Part shown: positions 1-14,992 of the stretch, piece after piece
How the letters are laid out: each line of letters starts with the position of its first letter
Position numbering within the stretch: the stretch's first letter is position 1
Assembly: GCA_965228855.1 (NCBI GenBank)
Contig: CBDDIJ010000002.1
Location: 576,001-640,000 of the forward strand
Length of the DNA: 64,000 bases
Direction of reading: 5' to 3'
From: Candidatus Obscuribacterales bacterium
GTDB taxonomy: Bacteria > Cyanobacteriota > Vampirovibrionia > Obscuribacterales > Obscuribacteraceae
Program-made: the position numbers and the translations under genes
The notes under the pieces: generated by a model
Seen by the model: the letters and a program-made list of their open reading frames with translations, nothing else
Told to the model about the DNA's origin: nothing
The model's database searches: none

Positions 1-353
1 GCAATCGCACCGTCAACGAAGTGGTGCGCAACGCCAAGATAATTCCCGGCGCGGGCAACGTTCTCGACGCAGCCGAGGCGCTCTCGGACAGCGGCGTCAC
101 GAGAAAAATGCGCGACGGAAGCGGAACAGTCAACAAAGACGCGCTCATTCGTGGAGCAGTCAAAGTCGCACCGGTTTCAGGCGACGCGGCGCGGCTGAAA
201 GCGCTTGCAGACCGCACGGGTGTTACCGACCGCGCCACTGATTTTGTTCAGCAAAAAATCGAAGAAAATCGAAAAGGCGAAAAGGCACAGCCCACGACCG
301 AAGATGCGAACAAACAGCACGAAGTGCAAAAGCGTTCGCAGGTGAAGCGCTGA
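1..353 (+). CDS. hypothetical protein, 3' part (truncated by window start)
   Basis: Open frame ending TGA at 351-353. A degenerate paralogous copy lies at ~2818-3150. Confidence 0.5.
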   Translation, partial: NRTVNEVVRNAKIIPGAGNVLDAAEALSDSGVTRKMRDGSGTVNKDALIRGAVKVAPVSGDAARLKALADRTGVTDRATDFVQQKIEENRKGEKAQPTTEDANKQHEVQKRSQVKR

Positions 354-395
354 ACTTAAGCGTAAATTCTTTTCCGTCTTGCGCAGACGTCCACA

Positions 396-1703
396 TCAAC
401 CTGAAACCCAAAGGATGCGGTCTTTGGCTCGAGTCACCGCTGTGTACAACCATTGACGACCATACTCAAGATTGGCATTCAGACAGTCTCTCGCGTCGTC
501 TGCGTGAATCATCACAGTTGGCCATTCCGAACCCTGTGCCGTGTGACACGTTAGAACATATCCGAATCTGCAGGCGAGACCATGCCCCTGCCCATATTCT
601 TCGGGGTTGACCTCAATGGGTCGCGGAGTCCGCTGTCCAAGACAATCTTCGAGTACGCATTTTGCGCCGACAGTTTCGACAACCTTCCAAATCGAATTGC
701 GAACAAAATCGATGCCGTCAATACTTCTGTTATCTCTGCAAACGAGATATTCGTTCTCGACAGGAGTCGGCGATGTCCGTCCGAGCGCACGCCTGATCAT
801 TTTTGTAAGCGCGATGCGCCGTTTGTTTGTCCAGACGATAACGGGAGTTCCGGCTGCGATCATCGCCAGATCGATTGGCGCCACCGGCCGCATCTCGACA
901 GGCAAAGCTTTTTTGATCAATTCCGCGATATTTAAAACCATGCTCGAACCGCTCTGCCGATGCACTTCGGTAAGAACGACGCGAGCTTCTATTATGGAGT
1001 CGTCCCAGAAAACAGGGGTGTCGTTGACGGGAGGCAGTTGAAATTGATCTCCTACCAAGATTATTTTCGAAAAACAGTGGCGTACCTTCGCGAGTAATTC
1101 ACCTCCCAGCATCGAGGCTTCATCAATGATGAGGACTCCATCTTGTGGCATACGCGGTTCCCATCCATCGAAAAATTCTCTGTAGAAATCATCGCATCCC
1201 AATACTTGCGCACCGCTTTTGATACCACTTCTCCGGTTTACCTCCCAGGCTTTCCTGAGATTTCCGAGATCGAAATAGGAGAGAAGCTCCTCCTCCTTAA
1301 TGCTGCCGTGCGGCTCATCCAGATTGAAATACGCCAGCAGCGATTCGCCTGGTTCCTTGTAGGTCGAAATCAGGCTTGCCTTGTAAGCAGTCACTGCATC
1401 AGGCAATTCTTTTCTGCGCAAAACATCGACTGCTTTGTTGGTCATCGCTGAAATTACAACTTCGCCGGAGAGAGTTGTTTTGAGTTGCTTTATGAGACTC
1501 GTTTTTCCAGAGCCGGCGGGACCGGAAAGGGCGATGATCGAATGACCGCACTCGGTCAACGTGTGAATTCTTAGTGCCGCGCTGATTTGCTCGAACGACA
1601 AATTTCGTGCATGAGTTTCATGCGGCGGCGCTTCGCTTTTGATGAGCAGACCAGAAGAGTCGTGTGGCATAAAGCAGTTCCGTAAATCACCTTGATACTC
1701 CAA
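396..1703 (-). CDS. RecD/Dda-like superfamily 1B helicase (ExoV-like)
   Basis: Walker A GPAGSGKT, IIDEASM, LVGDQFQLPPV, HRQ, TCHTAQGSEW and LYTAVTRAK motifs. Confidence 0.85.
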   Translation of the reverse strand: MEYQGDLRNCFMPHDSSGLLIKSEAPPHETHARNLSFEQISAALRIHTLTECGHSIIALSGPAGSGKTSLIKQLKTTLSGEVVISAMTNKAVDVLRRKELPDAVTAYKASLISTYKEPGESLLAYFNLDEPHGSIKEEELLSYFDLGNLRKAWEVNRRSGIKSGAQVLGCDDFYREFFDGWEPRMPQDGVLIIDEASMLGGELLAKVRHCFSKIILVGDQFQLPPVNDTPVFWDDSIIEARVVLTEVHRQSGSSMVLNIAELIKKALPVEMRPVAPIDLAMIAAGTPVIVWTNKRRIALTKMIRRALGRTSPTPVENEYLVCRDNRSIDGIDFVRNSIWKVVETVGAKCVLEDCLGQRTPRPIEVNPEEYGQGHGLACRFGYVLTCHTAQGSEWPTVMIHADDARDCLNANLEYGRQWLYTAVTRAKDRILWVSG

Positions 1704-1902
1704 TTATTCAAATTTGGTTTTGCGACGGCACTGTTGAATTCAACAGTTGACTGACATGGGCTTTCCCGATGCCACTAGCGTTGAGTACGCAAGAGAGAAC
1801 AGGAACAAACGCGGCGCGCGCTCCCAAAAACAACCGAACAACTTCCGTGGAATTACCATAGGTCAATGAGCGGAATTCTGATATGTTCAAACTAGGACAG
1901 AC

Positions 1903-2589
1903 TTGGAAGCGATGAAATACTCAAAAATACTCTCAGACATATTAGTGACGACGGGTCTCGCAATCCTAGTCTCAACGTTTCTTGGTGTCACGATAACGAG
2001 TTTTGGAGCGGCTGCACGTCGTGTTCTACTGATAGAAGGATATAACTACTACTGCACTAAGGATTTCGACAAAGCTGAAAAGCTCTGGAAACTTTCCTCT
2101 CTGTTTCCGGTCTCTCCTTCTGATGAGATTCGAATGAAAACCGCATCTTGGCTCGGTGTGATGTATTTAGAGCAAGGTCGATATCACGCTGCAGAAAAGA
2201 TACTAGCGCCGGAACTTCGAAGAAGAAGTTACTTGTTCGGCGACCGGAACCTTTGGACAGCAGCTACTGAGGATAATCTAGGGGGCTGTTATTTCGAACA
2301 GAAGCGTTACACAGAAGCATTGGCTCTTTATTCCCACTGTTTGCTAGTCCGCAAAGAACTACTTGGCAGTGAGGACTTAAAAACACTATGCACAATGGAA
2401 CATTATGCAATCACACTGCACAAGTTAGGAAAGCCTAGAGAAGCAGAAAAGCTGTTAAGGCAGTGTCTAGAAAGTTTAGAAAGGACCTTGCCTCGAAACG
2501 ACGTTCGAATTAGCTCTTGCACACACAATCTTGACTGTGTTTGCCGTCAGATACAGCGGAGCGAAGCTATTACGCAAATCGTCAATTAA
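1903..2589 (+). CDS. membrane-anchored TPR protein
   Basis: N-terminal hydrophobic segment followed by kinesin-light-chain-type TPRs (NLGGCYFEQKRYTEALALY). Confidence 0.7.
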   Translation: MEAMKYSKILSDILVTTGLAILVSTFLGVTITSFGAAARRVLLIEGYNYYCTKDFDKAEKLWKLSSLFPVSPSDEIRMKTASWLGVMYLEQGRYHAAEKILAPELRRRSYLFGDRNLWTAATEDNLGGCYFEQKRYTEALALYSHCLLVRKELLGSEDLKTLCTMEHYAITLHKLGKPREAEKLLRQCLESLERTLPRNDVRISSCTHNLDCVCRQIQRSEAITQIVN

Positions 2590-2699
2590 GCCCGGATGCT
2601 TTAGGTCAAAGATGGTTCGTACAGGCTTCGGGCACAGTTTTCGAAGGGCTAAATGGATTGATTAATGATTGATTCAGCCATGCGTAATGGTGTAGTAGA

Positions 2700-3150
2700 A
2701 GCGCGCGCAGCGGAGAAACGAGAAGCCGTCGCCATCGAAGACGTCTCTCGAGCAACTCCGGCCCAAAGGCGCCCGGAGGCTCCGCAGATACCGTCAAAGC
2801 GCTCGGTGGTCATTCGAGCAATCGCACAGTCAACGACGTCGTGCGCAACGCCAAGATAATTTCCGGCGCGGGCAACGTTCGCGGCGCACCCTAAGCACTA
2901 TCCGATAGCGGCGCTACGAGAGAAATGCGAGAAAAAAGAGACGGTCATTTGCGGAGCAGTCAAAGTCGCACCGGTTGCAGGTGACACGCCGCCGCTCAAA
3001 TCGCTTGCAGACCGAACGGGTGTTACCGATCGCGCCACCGAATTTGTTCAGCAAAAATCGAAGAGTCCCCAAAAGGCGAAAAGGCAAAGCCCGCAACAGA
3101 CGATGCGAACAAACAGCACCATGTGCTCTACCGTTAGCAGGGAAGCGGCA
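2700..3150 (+). pseudogene. degenerate copy of the gene at 1-353
   Basis: 2818 onward aligns by eye to position 1 onward (gcaatcgcac..gtgcgcaacgccaagataat..ggagcagtcaaagtcgcaccggtt..gatgcgaacaaacagcac), with a stop and indels. The left boundary is approximate. Confidence 0.7.
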
Positions 3151-3652
3151 ACGAACGAGCAGACAATCAACACATTGTCTCGCTACAAAGGCAGCGTAAC
3201 TAGGCACTGCAGACGCGCCTTTGCGACGCGCCAATTTTACTCTGCCTAAAATAGCCATTTTAAGCAATGACAATCGGACGACAAACTTTCAGATTGCCCA
3301 AAGGCAGCAGCTACACTCAGATTTTCGATTGGTGTTGCTTGCGCCAAACACAGCCGAAAGTAGGTGTTTTAGGCTGACTTTTGTCAAAAAAGGAGCGCTG
3401 ATAATTCGCTCCTGAAAAGTTCCTAGAAGGTTAAGAGTAGGAACTTATCGGTCAAAAAAGCTTAGCACCAACCTCGAATAGCCCAGACTTCGTTTAGCAA
3501 TGGCTTTATATTCCGTCACCATTTTAAAAGTCGGAATTGTGTCTTCAAAAAAAGAAAAATGAAATTTAAAATTGGTCCAGATCGATGCGTGTGGCTATTG
3601 TTTTTTTCTTGGGCTAAAGGGGATTCATGTGAACGCAGACGAAGAGGGAGAG

Positions 3653-4609
3653 ATGTCGGCGCAAAGTTATTTAAACCGCGCCTTAAGGATTATTCAAAAA
3701 CATGCTTTGAACAGTGATTTAGTCAATTGGCCGGAGCTTAGAGAACAGTGTTTTCGAATGGCTCGGGGAGCTAAAAGTAATACTGAAACTTACGAGGCAA
3801 TCCGTCATGCCATTCAAAGTCTCGGAGACGGACACAGCTTTCTTCTCGTGCCGAAGTTTCAATCAGAGGAGGTGGAGGGATCGCCGCCGAGCGCCGTGCC
3901 GGTTTCTCGGCCCAGCATCGCGAGTTTCTATTTTGAGGAATTCCACGTAGCAGCAATCAAGGTTCCTTCTTTCTCATCAATTCTTCAACCAAATCGCCTA
4001 GAACTCGAAACACAGTTTTCTGCTGAAATGCAACAAACAATTGCTCAACAGCTTCTTCGGCGTCCAAAAGGATGGATTGTTGACTTGCGAGGAAACATGG
4101 GCGGTAACATGTGGCCAATGCTGTGTGGATTAGGTCCACTGATGGGACAAGAGGTGGTCGGGTATTTCAAAGCTTCAAAGCACTGTCTCGCGTGGTTCTA
4201 TTTTCTAGGCAGAGCGGGTCTTCGAAGCATGGATGGCACTGAGACCGTCAAAGTAGAAATTCAACACCCGGTCCTTCATCAAATAACTGAGAGCGTTCCT
4301 GTTGCGGTTTTGATTGACCAAACTACAGCAAGTTCCGGAGAAGCTATCGGAATTGCATTTCGCAGCCGGCTAAACACGCGCTTTTTCGGGCAGCAATCTC
4401 GCGGACTTTGTACAGGAAACGGACCGGTCGAATTGAGTGATGGAGTTCAACTAATCCTGACAAAAACTGTTTTCCTAGACCGACAAGGCTCCTCTTATCC
4501 AAATGGGATTTTTCCCGACGTGTTCGTTGAACCAACAGATGCAAATCCTACGGACGGAGACCGAACAGTTGACGCGGCTCTCAGCTGGTTTAAAAGACAT
4601 CATGTGTAG
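3653..4609 (+). CDS. S41 family peptidase, nisin-resistance-protein (NSR)-like
   Basis: GDGHS, IVDLRGNMGGNMWPM and TASSGE motifs. Start ATG 3653 follows GAGGGAG (the ORF track starts at 3572). Confidence 0.85.
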   Translation: MSAQSYLNRALRIIQKHALNSDLVNWPELREQCFRMARGAKSNTETYEAIRHAIQSLGDGHSFLLVPKFQSEEVEGSPPSAVPVSRPSIASFYFEEFHVAAIKVPSFSSILQPNRLELETQFSAEMQQTIAQQLLRRPKGWIVDLRGNMGGNMWPMLCGLGPLMGQEVVGYFKASKHCLAWFYFLGRAGLRSMDGTETVKVEIQHPVLHQITESVPVAVLIDQTTASSGEAIGIAFRSRLNTRFFGQQSRGLCTGNGPVELSDGVQLILTKTVFLDRQGSSYPNGIFPDVFVEPTDANPTDGDRTVDAALSWFKRHHV

Positions 4610-4613
4610 AAGC

Positions 4614-4642
4614 GAACGAGGCGATCAGTGACCGCCTCGTTC
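4614..4642. terminator. hairpin between convergent S41 peptidase and lanB
   Basis: gaacgaggcg / cgcctcgttc perfect 10-bp inverted repeat. Confidence 0.65.
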
Positions 4643-4647
4643 AAGTT

Positions 4648-7600
4648 CTATACAGCCACCGATTGGGAACTTTGATTCTCTGTATTACAGGGTCGCATGA
4701 TCAGCGCCTCTACGCTGTTGGAAAGAAGGGCAAGGGTTTCGTTCTCAGCTTTCCTATCAATTCCTAGAAGGCGGTTACAGTGCATGTGAATGCACGCGCT
4801 CAAAATACTGAGCAAGGGCTGGGTTAACTTGCCATTTTCTTCAAGCTTACGTAACTCCCGACCAATTCGTTTGATACCGGACATCGAGTGGAAGCGGATT
4901 GCGTGAGCGATATTCTTAAGTTCGGTATTGCACGTTTTCATTGGGCTCGTTAAGGCAGCGTACAAGTCATTCTTCCAGACTCTATATTCTGCGGAGACAG
5001 AACGCTTAATGCCCAACGGGAAAGCATTCTTCAACAACTCTCTCTTCTCCTCGTTGCTAATGCCCAACGAGCTTAGAAGGTTGTCTATCGACAGTATGCA
5101 CGCTAGGCGTCGATCAAGACTCTTTATTTCCGGCATCGATAACAATTGGCATGCATTTATCGAATCGATACAGAAAAGCTCCTCAACAAGACTCATAGCA
5201 AGTGTTCCGCCGTAACGTTCAACTTCACGATCGTAAGTCATGACTGAGAACTCGGAGCACACGTCGGCACTGGCTAACTGGTTGGCCCACGGCAAGATTT
5301 TTGAAAGCAGAGTTTCATACGCTACTTCAGTATGAAACCTTACGCGCAAGTGATCTCCAGCGCTGTCTTGGTAGCGCACAAAAAACCACTCTTTCAAAAA
5401 TCCTTGGTCGGTCAGAGAATTCGCCATACTATTGCATTCACGAATCGCAGCTTCCTGAATACTAGTGCCACAGTTTAGCCGCAAGTACAACCAGTCACTT
5501 CCCGGGAGTCGTAGGTAATCACTACGAGTGTTTGGCATTACTGGCTGAAATTGCAGTAGCTTTGACTCGCTTTTCTGGGCATCTTTCAGCAAATCGATTC
5601 GCACAAGACTTACGACTATTTCGGACATGTAGTGGCCGTCATCTGTTGAGTGCCAGTTATGGCAAGGCAAATATTCGCGTAGCGTACGTGCCGATCCTCT
5701 TGCAAGAGCGGAACGAAGCAACTCACAATCCTCTGTCAAAGTCAGATTTAAGAGCAGAGGGCGATCATCATCCTTACCAAAAGACATTTGAACAAATGAG
5801 GGCACCTTCCAAACTGTTCGCCACTTTTGTAAGTGATTGAAAAATGCTTTCGGGGTGTTCTTGGAAATTACAGATATCTCTTTGAGGTCCCACTGTGCAG
5901 ACCGCAGGACCAGATTTCCAACAGTCAACCGAGGAAGAAAGGGTAGTTTTTCTGCTGTGCCCCAATTAAACTCCGACACGTTTGGGGAGTCATCGGCTGC
6001 AATTTCAAGTAGAAAGCGGATTGCATTAGGTGCTGAAGCCCAATTGAGCATGTTGTTAGATTTTGCGATTATCTTTTGACCAGTCTGATTCCATCGAGCG
6101 CAGAAACGGCCATCTTTATCTAATCCCACAACAATTTCTGAGAGTGGAATGTCGTTGGAGCTGGAATTCGGATAGCAGCGGGCGATTATCGAATAATTTC
6201 TGAAGCCCCGTACGGTAGACACGTTCCCGGCCCTAGATTTAGCTGGCCAATAACTTACATCTGCGTAGATTGCGGATCTATCTTCTGCTTCCTCGACTAC
6301 GGCGATATTTCTCAAAAATTCGTTGGCCTCTTCTCCGAACATATCCGCGAATCGACCAAGCGTTCGACCAGCTCCAATCTCACCAGCTCTCGGTGCGACC
6401 GCAACTTTGAAGTTTCCAGCATCAATATCTTGACGAGAGTCTGCCAGAATGTTGACAAACAAATCCAGACTTGATGGAAGAGCGACTTGTGTCTGTGGAG
6501 TCTCAAGTGTTTTCAGGTCTGTTTCAGAGAGCTCAACCGCAGTCACCCCGTCCTTCAGAGCAGTCGAGGCTATACTGAGAAGCAACTGCTCCCTTTTTTG
6601 CAGCGACTCGGGCGTTGATTGGCGAATGGGAAAGGGACAGCCTAAGCCGAAAGTTTCATCCAGTAATTCGAGAATTGGTATTTCCCGACCCATCTGATAC
6701 CTGTTCCGAAAGGCCGCTGCAAATTTGGTTAACCCACGCGTTGCTTTTACAGTGTTCAAACGGATACACAGTTCGGCAGCTTTCGACACTTCCACTGCTA
6801 CTTTGTTCGAGAGCATCTTCCCCTGTAGCCCTAAGGACGAATCCACTTGAATTGCATTCCCTCCGTCCGTGTCCGTTGGTCGCGAGGTTTTTAAAAGCTC
6901 AACCAGACGAAGATATTCAACGCTGGATTTGGTAATTCCGTTATCCCAGTTGCTCAAAGCCGCTTTTATTTTTTCCAGTGTACGGGCGTCCGAATGCCTT
7001 CGAAACGTGGGATTGTTGAGCAGATCACGCAGTGGGTCATCAGTGAGCAAAGGCATTCGTAGTTCTGATATGAGGATAGATAAGTCGCACATCTGGTGAA
7101 AAGCATCTTCAACCAACTCACGATCCGCTTGAAACTCACTAGCAATTTGAGCAGCGACTTTTGCGAAAGTTTTCGTCCCCTGGCAAAGGTCTAAGATGCG
7201 AGTGACTGCAGCCGTAACCCTAATGCTCACAGTTTTATTTTTTGAATTGATTGGAGTAATCCAGATACGGTTTGCTGCGTTAAACGCTTCCGGATTTTGC
7301 CGATAGCGCAGCTTCCTGCGGAAAGTGCGGTCACTTTCCAGCTCCTCGACTAAATTCATTATCAGCGTAGAATCAGTCCGTGAGCGTGTCCGGTGATTAC
7401 CAGAGAACGATAAATCTGTTTTGGATCCGAAATGACCCAATGCAACGCCCGCGAAAAGTCCAAAGGGAGTCGGTCTTGAGGACATTCTTTTCTGATACTG
7501 ATACCACTTGCTTTCGGCTTTTTCGCCAGCGTTGTTGAATAGCGATGGACTTGCCACTGCAACCGCAGTCCGAAATAACTCGCTGAATTTCTCTGGCAAA

Positions 7601-7680
7601 GTAGCATCGGCGCATTCGATAGGAAGTAAAGGCGAACGGAGTAGGAAGGTATCTAATACCTTGTAGCTTGCCTTCGGCAT
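4648..7680 (-). CDS. lanB: class I lanthipeptide dehydratase, full length (glutamylation + elimination domains)
   Basis: 1010 aa. LLRSPLLP and RMSSRPTPFGLFAGV at the N-terminus; WFFVRYQD..HLRVRF, YDREVERYGG and HMHCNRLLG at the C-terminus. Confidence 0.95.
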   Translation of the reverse strand: MPKASYKVLDTFLLRSPLLPIECADATLPEKFSELFRTAVAVASPSLFNNAGEKAESKWYQYQKRMSSRPTPFGLFAGVALGHFGSKTDLSFSGNHRTRSRTDSTLIMNLVEELESDRTFRRKLRYRQNPEAFNAANRIWITPINSKNKTVSIRVTAAVTRILDLCQGTKTFAKVAAQIASEFQADRELVEDAFHQMCDLSILISELRMPLLTDDPLRDLLNNPTFRRHSDARTLEKIKAALSNWDNGITKSSVEYLRLVELLKTSRPTDTDGGNAIQVDSSLGLQGKMLSNKVAVEVSKAAELCIRLNTVKATRGLTKFAAAFRNRYQMGREIPILELLDETFGLGCPFPIRQSTPESLQKREQLLLSIASTALKDGVTAVELSETDLKTLETPQTQVALPSSLDLFVNILADSRQDIDAGNFKVAVAPRAGEIGAGRTLGRFADMFGEEANEFLRNIAVVEEAEDRSAIYADVSYWPAKSRAGNVSTVRGFRNYSIIARCYPNSSSNDIPLSEIVVGLDKDGRFCARWNQTGQKIIAKSNNMLNWASAPNAIRFLLEIAADDSPNVSEFNWGTAEKLPFLPRLTVGNLVLRSAQWDLKEISVISKNTPKAFFNHLQKWRTVWKVPSFVQMSFGKDDDRPLLLNLTLTEDCELLRSALARGSARTLREYLPCHNWHSTDDGHYMSEIVVSLVRIDLLKDAQKSESKLLQFQPVMPNTRSDYLRLPGSDWLYLRLNCGTSIQEAAIRECNSMANSLTDQGFLKEWFFVRYQDSAGDHLRVRFHTEVAYETLLSKILPWANQLASADVCSEFSVMTYDREVERYGGTLAMSLVEELFCIDSINACQLLSMPEIKSLDRRLACILSIDNLLSSLGISNEEKRELLKNAFPLGIKRSVSAEYRVWKNDLYAALTSPMKTCNTELKNIAHAIRFHSMSGIKRIGRELRKLEENGKLTQPLLSILSACIHMHCNRLLGIDRKAENETLALLSNSVEALIMRPCNTENQSSQSVAV

Positions 7681-7696
7681 TTAGGTCTCCTTTAAG

Positions 7697-8992
7697 TTAG
7701 GAAAGAAGAGCAATACGGTCCCACTTGGGAGCCACCGGATTGATTGAGGCTATGAGGACCAAAAGAATTCCGGAGACTCCAGTCATCAAGCTTAAATCGG
7801 TTGTATCGTCTCCATTCGTTCCGAGTTTCCAAAATTTCAAGTCAGCCAACGAGTCGTATTGATCCACAATCTTGTCAAACAAGTCTAAACACTGAGCTTG
7901 ATGTTCTGCACTACCCGTTTCATTGAAAAAACGGAGCATAATCTGTAACAGCCCCGCCACTCCGTGGCAGAAAGTTGGTGTGCTGGCTTCCCAATCGGTA
8001 CCTGCTCTAGAAACCGCTTGTAGCGCAACTCTTTTGTTATCGTCTCTATTAAGAGCAACTCCTGACAGATATAACGCTCTGGCGACTCCGGGAGCTCCAT
8101 AGCACCAAGCGGCACGATGACACCGCTCAGTAGACGTCGCGTTTCGCACGATACTGCCGTCGAAGGTACATGCCACGGGCCAGTTTAAACCGGCTGTTGT
8201 AGTTTCTAAACGATTCATGATTATAAACTGTGAGATGCGTTCGATTGCTTCTTGCATGCCACTGCATTTGATACCATTCTGCCAAGCTAATGATAAAAGC
8301 ATGAGCAGTCCTGGCAACCCATGCGAAAGCCCTAAATTGATTAGACCGTTTTTGTACGCACGCTTGCTTTTATCTTGAATTGGAAGCATAGATCTCGGAG
8401 TATAAAAGCCCATAAGGTCATCCTTACTATTTGTGCGTGTACACAGCCAGAGCAATATGGCACTGAGAGCGTCAGAATCTCTACCACTTTGCACCCTTTC
8501 GAGAAGGTATGCACCGACTCCGGTAAGCCCGGAGATCAAGTCGTAGTGACTTGGTGATAGGCCCCTCTCAGAGCTAGATAGTTGTCGCAGAAGAACCACA
8601 ATATGTTCCGAGACCGTTTGATCAATAGCCGACAAAAGCTGCTTGTATGCTTGACCTTGTTTCACCAGGGAACAGTGCAGACCAAGACCAGCTAAGCCAC
8701 CATGTAATGCAATACTTGAAGAACGACGAGTTAATTGGAACGCCTCCTGGAGATGAGCATGCGAAACGTAATCAAGGTTCGAGTCAGGCATAAGCTCATG
8801 AGCCACACCTAGAGCGTACATTAGTCCCACATGAGAACGCTGATTGACTTTCAAAACCAGCGGTGAGTCGGAGGATTTGATGATCGACTTTACGATGTTT
8901 TGGTCAGTACATGATTGGACAAGCGACCGAATCACTTCCTGAGCTTTAATTTTTCGAGGTTCATCAAGAGGGGATGCCCACATTTTTTTCAT
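7697..8992 (-). CDS. lanC: lanthionine cyclase LanC
   Basis: 431 aa. YDLISGLTG, GLSHGLPG, WCYGAPG and FCHGVAG (Cys/Cys/His zinc ligands present), LMTGVSG. Confidence 0.95.
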   Translation of the reverse strand: MKKMWASPLDEPRKIKAQEVIRSLVQSCTDQNIVKSIIKSSDSPLVLKVNQRSHVGLMYALGVAHELMPDSNLDYVSHAHLQEAFQLTRRSSSIALHGGLAGLGLHCSLVKQGQAYKQLLSAIDQTVSEHIVVLLRQLSSSERGLSPSHYDLISGLTGVGAYLLERVQSGRDSDALSAILLWLCTRTNSKDDLMGFYTPRSMLPIQDKSKRAYKNGLINLGLSHGLPGLLMLLSLAWQNGIKCSGMQEAIERISQFIIMNRLETTTAGLNWPVACTFDGSIVRNATSTERCHRAAWCYGAPGVARALYLSGVALNRDDNKRVALQAVSRAGTDWEASTPTFCHGVAGLLQIMLRFFNETGSAEHQAQCLDLFDKIVDQYDSLADLKFWKLGTNGDDTTDLSLMTGVSGILLVLIASINPVAPKWDRIALLS

Positions 8993-9015
8993 CCTTTAAA
9001 CGATTGTTGAATGAT

Positions 9016-9047
9016 CAAAAACAGGGAGGGCTTTCGCCCTCCCTGTT
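9016..9047 (-). terminator. intrinsic terminator/attenuator between Rhs and lanC
   Basis: On the minus strand: aacagggagggc-GAAA-gccctccctgtt followed by a T run. Confidence 0.85.
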
Positions 9048-9081
9048 CTAGCCCAGATTTTGAAAGGTCAACAGAAGTTAC

Positions 9082-14550
<5,469 letters not shown>

Positions 14551-14629
14551 GTTTGCTTCCTTTTTGTTCGTATTGAAACCAGCTGCAACATCCTGTTGAA
14601 GCTGGTTAAACTGCAGTGATTGATTGCGG

Positions 14630-14776
14630 TTAGCAGCCACCACCACCGCAGGTGGTGACAACAGAAGTCCTGTTGCCAGCGGCATCGTAGTTGTAGACTA
14701 CGGTCGTGCCATTGGCAAAAGTAATTTTCTTGAGCCAGCCCTGGGGCCAGTACTCATATGTAGCGGCGTCTGTCAT
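14630..14776 (-). CDS. 48-aa mini YD/RHS-repeat protein (not in ORF track)
   Basis: MTDAATYEYWPQGWLKKITFANGTTVVYNYDAAGNRTSVVTTCGGGGC*. AAGGAG Shine-Dalgarno upstream; typical YD hairpin YxYDAAGNRT. Confidence 0.8.
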   Translation of the reverse strand: MTDAATYEYWPQGWLKKITFANGTTVVYNYDAAGNRTSVVTTCGGGGC

Positions 14777-14940
14777 TTTGTTCTCCTTGATAGTTTTCAG
14801 CAGTAAAGTCTCGACTGCATTACTTCGCGACCTGAATGACTAGTAAGCACTCATGTTTCATTTTCTTTGCTGCCGATCCGGTCGGACTTACAACAAGAAA
14901 CACTTGCGTCACCAGCCACTCTGGAGCCATCTCACTGACG

Positions 14941-14992
14941 AAATGGCTCATCTAAAAGAAGGACAATCGCCCTTCTTTTAGATAAACCATTT
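14941..14992. promoter_or_regulatory. long inverted repeat upstream of the Rhs operon
   Basis: atctaaaagaagg..ccttcttttagat (13 bp perfect), extended by aaatgg/ccattt. Confidence 0.55.

Noticed and set aside
14551..14685. N-terminal 45 aa of the Rhs ORF as given in the track (signal-like MPLATGLLL)
   Set aside because: It overlaps the mini-YD gene in another frame, and ATG 14550 has its own purine-rich RBS.
14820..14930. 36-aa minus-strand ORF (MAPEWLVTQ..) as a free-standing lanA
   Set aside because: No FxLD leader, only one Cys and no convincing RBS.
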